Part shown: positions 59,937 to 64,000 of the stretch, in pieces | How the letters are laid out: every line of letters starts with the position of its first letter | How positions within the stretch are numbered: position 1 is the first letter of the stretch | Assembly (NCBI GenBank): GCA_963553465.1 | Contig: CAUVOB010000002.1 | Coordinates: 41,632 to 105,631 of the forward strand | Direction: 5' to 3' | Length of the DNA stretch: 64,000 bases | Source of the DNA: an uncultured Candidatus Saccharibacteria bacterium | GTDB lineage: Bacteria; Patescibacteriota; Saccharimonadia; Saccharimonadales; Saccharimonadaceae | Translations under genes and position numbers: made by a program | The notes under the pieces: generated by a model | Database searches by the model: none | What the model was told of the DNA's origin: nothing | What the model saw: only the letters and a program-made list of their open reading frames with translations

Positions 59937-60368
59937 ATGGCACGAAGTATCAACCAAGTTATTTTACTGGGACGGTTAACGCGCGATCCAGAGCAGCGGA
60001 CAACGCCATCAGGTCGGACAGTTGTTAGCTTTAGTATCGCGGTTGATCGTGCCGGACAGGATGATCAAGCTGATTTTTTCGACGTTACCGCGTGGGAAAA
60101 ATTGGGCGAGCTGGTGATGCAGTACCTGTCAAAAGGCCGCCGCGTGCTGGTGCAGGGTCGGTTGCGACAGGACAGCTGGGATGATAAAGAAACCGGCAAG
60201 CGCCGCTCGCGTATTGAAGTGACGGCGACCGACGTAACATTCCTTGACGCTCCGAGCGGTGATAGCGCGAATACAACTGCACCACGTAATACTAATAATA
60301 CCAAGCAGGCTGAGACTGTAGCGGACATTGATGATAAGCCGATCGATCTTAGCGAGATACCGTTCTAA
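59937..60368 (+). CDS. ssb: Single-stranded DNA-binding protein
   Basis: [19 protein letters not shown], acidic EIPF tail. Confidence 0.97.
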   Translation: MARSINQVILLGRLTRDPEQRTTPSGRTVVSFSIAVDRAGQDDQADFFDVTAWEKLGELVMQYLSKGRRVLVQGRLRQDSWDDKETGKRRSRIEVTATDVTFLDAPSGDSANTTAPRNTNNTKQAETVADIDDKPIDLSEIPF

Positions 60369-60379
60369 AGGAGAACAAA

Positions 60380-60583
60380 ATGGCAAAACGATTAAAGAAA
60401 GACACACCAACGGTTTTTGACTATAAGGACGTCAAAACATTAATGCGCTATGTTAATGCGTATGGTCAAATTGAGCCGATAGCGAAGACAGGTCTCAGTG
60501 TCAAGCAGCAGCGTAGCTTGGCAGTGGCGATCAAGCGTGCTCGGCACTTAGCATTGCTGCCGTTTGTATCGCAAGGGCAATAA
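60380..60583 (+). CDS. rpsR: 30S ribosomal protein S18 (no Zn-binding cysteines)
   Basis: DYKD, TG..KQQR, AIKRAR.LALLPF. Confidence 0.95.
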   Translation: MAKRLKKDTPTVFDYKDVKTLMRYVNAYGQIEPIAKTGLSVKQQRSLAVAIKRARHLALLPFVSQGQ

Positions 60584-60860
60584 AAGTATACGTGTTGAGG
60601 GAACTCTCTAACCCCGAACGTATTTATAGATAAGAGAGAAAGTCGAGTGGTCTGTGCAGGGTAAGGCGCGGGCCACTGTTGTTTGTGGGCTGCTGTACAG
60701 CGTGTTTTATTTTTGATACGAGATAGTATTATGATGCTACTAAGCCCACTGTGGGATGTTTGAGTAAAAAATATGTTCAGCCGACAAGAAATACTCTGCC
60801 GTCTGAAAGAATGTTAGAATTAGGTACGGTAGCTTAAAGTTATAGGAAAGGAAAAACAAT

Positions 60861-61421
60861 ATGTATCAGCCGACAGATCTTAAAAAGGGTACGGTTTGTC
60901 AGATTGATGGTAAGCCATATCGCGTTATTGAATATGGACAGAAGGTTATGGGGCGTGGAGGCTCTATTGTGAACGTTAAATTGAAAAACTTGCTGGACGG
61001 AAGTGTCATCCCGAAAACCTTTAAGGGTCAAGATAAAATAGAGCCAGCTGAGGTGACTAGCAAGACTGTTCAATATTTATATCATGACGGAGATATGTTC
61101 TGCTTCATGGATCCAGAAAGTTTTGAACAATTTGAACTGTCTAACGATGTGGTAGATGAGGCAAAAAATTATTTGAAAGAAGGTTGTGAGCTGAATCTCC
61201 AGGTGTTTGACGGGCGAGTGATTAATGTTGAATTACCAAAAAATCTTTATCTCGAAGTTACATATACCGAAGATGTCGTGAAGGGCGATACAACCTCAAA
61301 TGTACTTAAGGATGCGACGCTTGAGACGGGCCTTGTTATTAAGGTACCAGCATTCATTAAACAGGGCGATATTGTCAGTGTTGACACAGCGACGGGTGAA
61401 TATCGAGAGCGCAAAAAATAA
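60861..61421 (+). CDS. efp: Elongation factor P
   Basis: DLKKG, YLY.DG, KGDT, LETG, VP.FI..GD, G.Y.ER. Confidence 0.95.
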   Translation: MYQPTDLKKGTVCQIDGKPYRVIEYGQKVMGRGGSIVNVKLKNLLDGSVIPKTFKGQDKIEPAEVTSKTVQYLYHDGDMFCFMDPESFEQFELSNDVVDEAKNYLKEGCELNLQVFDGRVINVELPKNLYLEVTYTEDVVKGDTTSNVLKDATLETGLVIKVPAFIKQGDIVSVDTATGEYRERKK

Positions 61422-61441
61422 CAAAAGGGCCTTCTTGTCGG

Positions 61442-61475
61442 AAGCGTCGCCCAGGGTGTTCGGGCGACGCTTTTT
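61442..61475 (+). terminator. Intrinsic terminator after efp
   Basis: AAGCGTCGCCC...GGGCGACGCTT followed by T run. Confidence 0.85.
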
Positions 61476-61864
61476 GTTGTTATTAATACATCAAATAACG
61501 ATAAAGAATGGAACGAGATTTTAGATATTGATGCTAAAAATACAACGTAATGTATGTATAGCTGGTAGGGTGTTTTTGGTGATACATACGAGAGTTGTTT
61601 TCATGAAAATATGGGTCTATTTGCGATAATGGTGAGAGTTTTCTTGGCCACTACAGGGGTAAATATAACTATTGATGTATAAATTACACTGATGCGTAGT
61701 ATACAACGTTGTATTTTAGTTAACGTAGAATTAACGATAGCGAAGATCGGCCAATAGGTAAAAATAAGAATAGCTATTGATGTATTTATGACAGCAGTTA
61801 TGCTATCGCAGTAGGTTGCTAATGATTGAGAAAAATATGTATTCAGGCTACAATGAGAAGTGAC

Positions 61865-62584
61865 ATGAAGCAGCGATTAGATAAAATGATACTAGAACGC
61901 GGGTTGGTTGAATCGCGTTCAGAAGCAGAGAATTGGATAGGCTTAGGGCAAGTCATGGTCAATGGTAGGGTGGCGACGCGTCCCGGATGTTTCGTTAACG
62001 AGACAGCAGACATTACATTGCTGACTCGTGAGCGGTACGTTTCGCGTGCAGGCCTCAAGCTAGCGAGTGTGGCGGATAGTTTTCGGTTGAACTTTCAGGG
62101 GAAAACAGTGCTGGACATAGGGTCGAGTACGGGTGGATTTACTGATTTTGCGCTGCGTCATGGCGCCCGACGCGTGTATGCTGTTGATGTGGGCACGAAT
62201 CAGTTGCACCATCGACTGCGTGACGATCGGCGCATAATATTACACGAAAAGACAGACATTCGTGACTTTGAGCTTGATTGTCCACCAGACATTATCGTGG
62301 GAGACGTGTCATTTATTAGTCTGCGCGACATTCTGCCACACGTTGCAAAACGGCTGATGGGCAGTGCGACGGTGCTTGTAGCAATGGTAAAACCGCAGTT
62401 TGAGGCAGGGCGTCATTTGGTACAAAAGGGTGTTGTAAAAAATGCTTCGATACGACGAAAGATCCTGACAGATTTTGAGCAATGGGCAAAACAGTACTTT
62501 GTAGTTCTTGATAAAAAGGATAGCACCGTCGCTGGTAGTAAGGGTAACGTTGAGCGCTTTTATAAGCTACAACTGAAAAAATAA
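61865..62584 (+). CDS. tlyA: TlyA-family rRNA methyltransferase
   Basis: RLD S4 domain, YVSRAGLKL, DIGSSTGGFTD, DVSFISL, KPQFE. Confidence 0.95.
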   Translation: MKQRLDKMILERGLVESRSEAENWIGLGQVMVNGRVATRPGCFVNETADITLLTRERYVSRAGLKLASVADSFRLNFQGKTVLDIGSSTGGFTDFALRHGARRVYAVDVGTNQLHHRLRDDRRIILHEKTDIRDFELDCPPDIIVGDVSFISLRDILPHVAKRLMGSATVLVAMVKPQFEAGRHLVQKGVVKNASIRRKILTDFEQWAKQYFVVLDKKDSTVAGSKGNVERFYKLQLKK

Positions 62585-62653
62585 CAGAGGTAATAACTGC
62601 AGTAAAAATAGCATCGTTGTATTTAAGGCAACGTAGTATAATATACAATAAGG

Positions 62654-63733
62654 TTAGACATTGAACCGAAATTCGACGACATCATTAGGCTTCATGATGT
62701 AATTTTTACCTTCAGTACGTATTTTACCCGCTTCACGAGCCTTAGCTTCTGAACCTGCGGCAACAAGGTCGTGGTAGCTAACAACTTGTGCAGCGATGAA
62801 TCCGCGCTCAAAGTCTGAGTGGATGACGCCAGCAGCCTGTGGCGCCGTCCAGCCTTTATGTATTGTCCATGCTCTAACTTCCTTCTGACCTGCCGTGAGA
62901 TAGCTCTGTAGACCAAGTGTGTCGTACGCGGCATGAATAAGCTGCGACAATCCAGTTTCGGAAGCCCCGTAGCTATCAAGCAGTTCCAAGGCGTCATTAT
63001 TTGATAATTCTCTGAGCTCTTCTTCAAGCTTGGCACAAATAAATAATACTCGAGCTGGCGCGACGAGTTTGGCAAGCTTTTCCTGCAGGGCATGGTCGCC
63101 GAGCCCCGCCTCGTCAACATTAAATGTATAAATAATTGGCTTGGCGGTGAGTAAATGAAGATCATTAATTATCTCATATTTGATATTTTCTATGGATGCT
63201 ATCGGTGTGCCTGAATTAAGTGATGTCAGGAGCGTTTCAAGGTATGTAGCCACCTGTCGTGCCTCCGGCTTGGCTTTGGCTTCTTTTTGGAGACGAGGCA
63301 GACGATGTTCTATGGTTTGGATGTCGGCAAGGATAAGTTCGGTATTGATGATGTCAATGTCGGCCTGAGGGTTAATCGGGGTATTGTCGTGTCGTAATAT
63401 ATCTGAGTTTTCAAAGGCGCGAACGATGTGGATAATGGCGTCGCATTCACGAATATTGTGCAGGAATTTATTGCCAAGCCCTTCTCCTTTTGAGGCGCCG
63501 GCTACCAATCCAGCGATGTCGACGAACGTTACGGTCGCTGGGATAATTTTTTGCGTATCATACAGTTCTGCGAGTACATTGAGCCGCTCGTCGGGAACCG
63601 GTACAATGCCAGTATTTGGTTCAATGGTGGCAAATGGGTAATTAGCCGCTAGAATATTATTATTAGTAAGTGCATTAAATATGGTCGACTTACCAACATT
63701 TGGCAGGCCGACGATTCCGATTGATAGACTCAT
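62654..63733 (-). CDS. ychF: Redox-regulated ATPase YchF
   Basis: GIVGLPNVGKST, NYPFATIEPN, DIAGLV, AGVIHSDF. Confidence 0.97.
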   Translation of the reverse strand: MSLSIGIVGLPNVGKSTIFNALTNNNILAANYPFATIEPNTGIVPVPDERLNVLAELYDTQKIIPATVTFVDIAGLVAGASKGEGLGNKFLHNIRECDAIIHIVRAFENSDILRHDNTPINPQADIDIINTELILADIQTIEHRLPRLQKEAKAKPEARQVATYLETLLTSLNSGTPIASIENIKYEIINDLHLLTAKPIIYTFNVDEAGLGDHALQEKLAKLVAPARVLFICAKLEEELRELSNNDALELLDSYGASETGLSQLIHAAYDTLGLQSYLTAGQKEVRAWTIHKGWTAPQAAGVIHSDFERGFIAAQVVSYHDLVAAGSEAKAREAGKIRTEGKNYIMKPNDVVEFRFNV

Positions 63734-63797
63734 ATCGTGTATTATAACAAATTGCACAAACTTGCCTCAGTATATAATATGTATTAGAATAAGCAGT

Positions 63798-64000
63798 ATG
63801 AATAAGGTTATTGTCTCGCGAATATTTATGATAGTGGGTATCGTGTCAAGTGTCGGGGCGATAGTCGCCGTTATCATGATGGTGATGGGACGATTGTATG
63901 TTGGACTAAAAGAGCCGAGCCAAGATATCGCGCCAACCGCTAAGATGATATGTGGCGAGGATATGATAAAAGAATATCAATCGATTATCGCTGCGCCAAA
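63798..64000 (+). CDS. Membrane-anchored hypothetical protein (partial)
   Basis: MNKVIVSRIFMIVGIV... open to window end. Confidence 0.6.
   Translation, partial: MNKVIVSRIFMIVGIVSSVGAIVAVIMMVMGRLYVGLKEPSQDIAPTAKMICGEDMIKEYQSIIAAP

Noticed and set aside
60600..60850. ncRNA between rpsR and efp
   Set aside because: Only one terminator-like hairpin (about 60645-60677); no recognisable RNA family.

Overview
Bacterial chromosome segment, genetic code 11 (TGA ends groES and murF). Protein style and gene repertoire suggest Candidatus Saccharibacteria (TM7, Patescibacteria/CPR); this is recognition, not a database result. It is mostly housekeeping: murF, groES/groEL with CIRCE, PGI/PMI, an ABC transporter, tRNA-Ser, nrdAB, pyrG, argS, mscL, pyrH, orn, dnaG-rpoD, polA, mutM, holA, rpsT, truB, rpsO, pnp, udg, rnj, ftsK, rpsF-ssb-rpsR, efp, tlyA and ychF. 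Single accessory genes lie between these, several broken by a frameshift or stop. The best candidate for a new system is the ribonucleotide reductase locus. NrdB has the Chlamydia-type class Ic signature. NrdA lacks the C-terminal redox cysteine pair, while an unannotated 57-aa ORF just downstream ends in a NrdA-like CDGCE tail, suggesting the redox tail is supplied in trans. Other highlights: an array of small membrane-protein cassettes behind a large protein, with a duplicated copy of that gene's 3' end; an in-frame palindromic insertion in mutM; a DUF218-like/VanX fusion; a GmrSD-type nuclease; and many apparently leaderless promoters.
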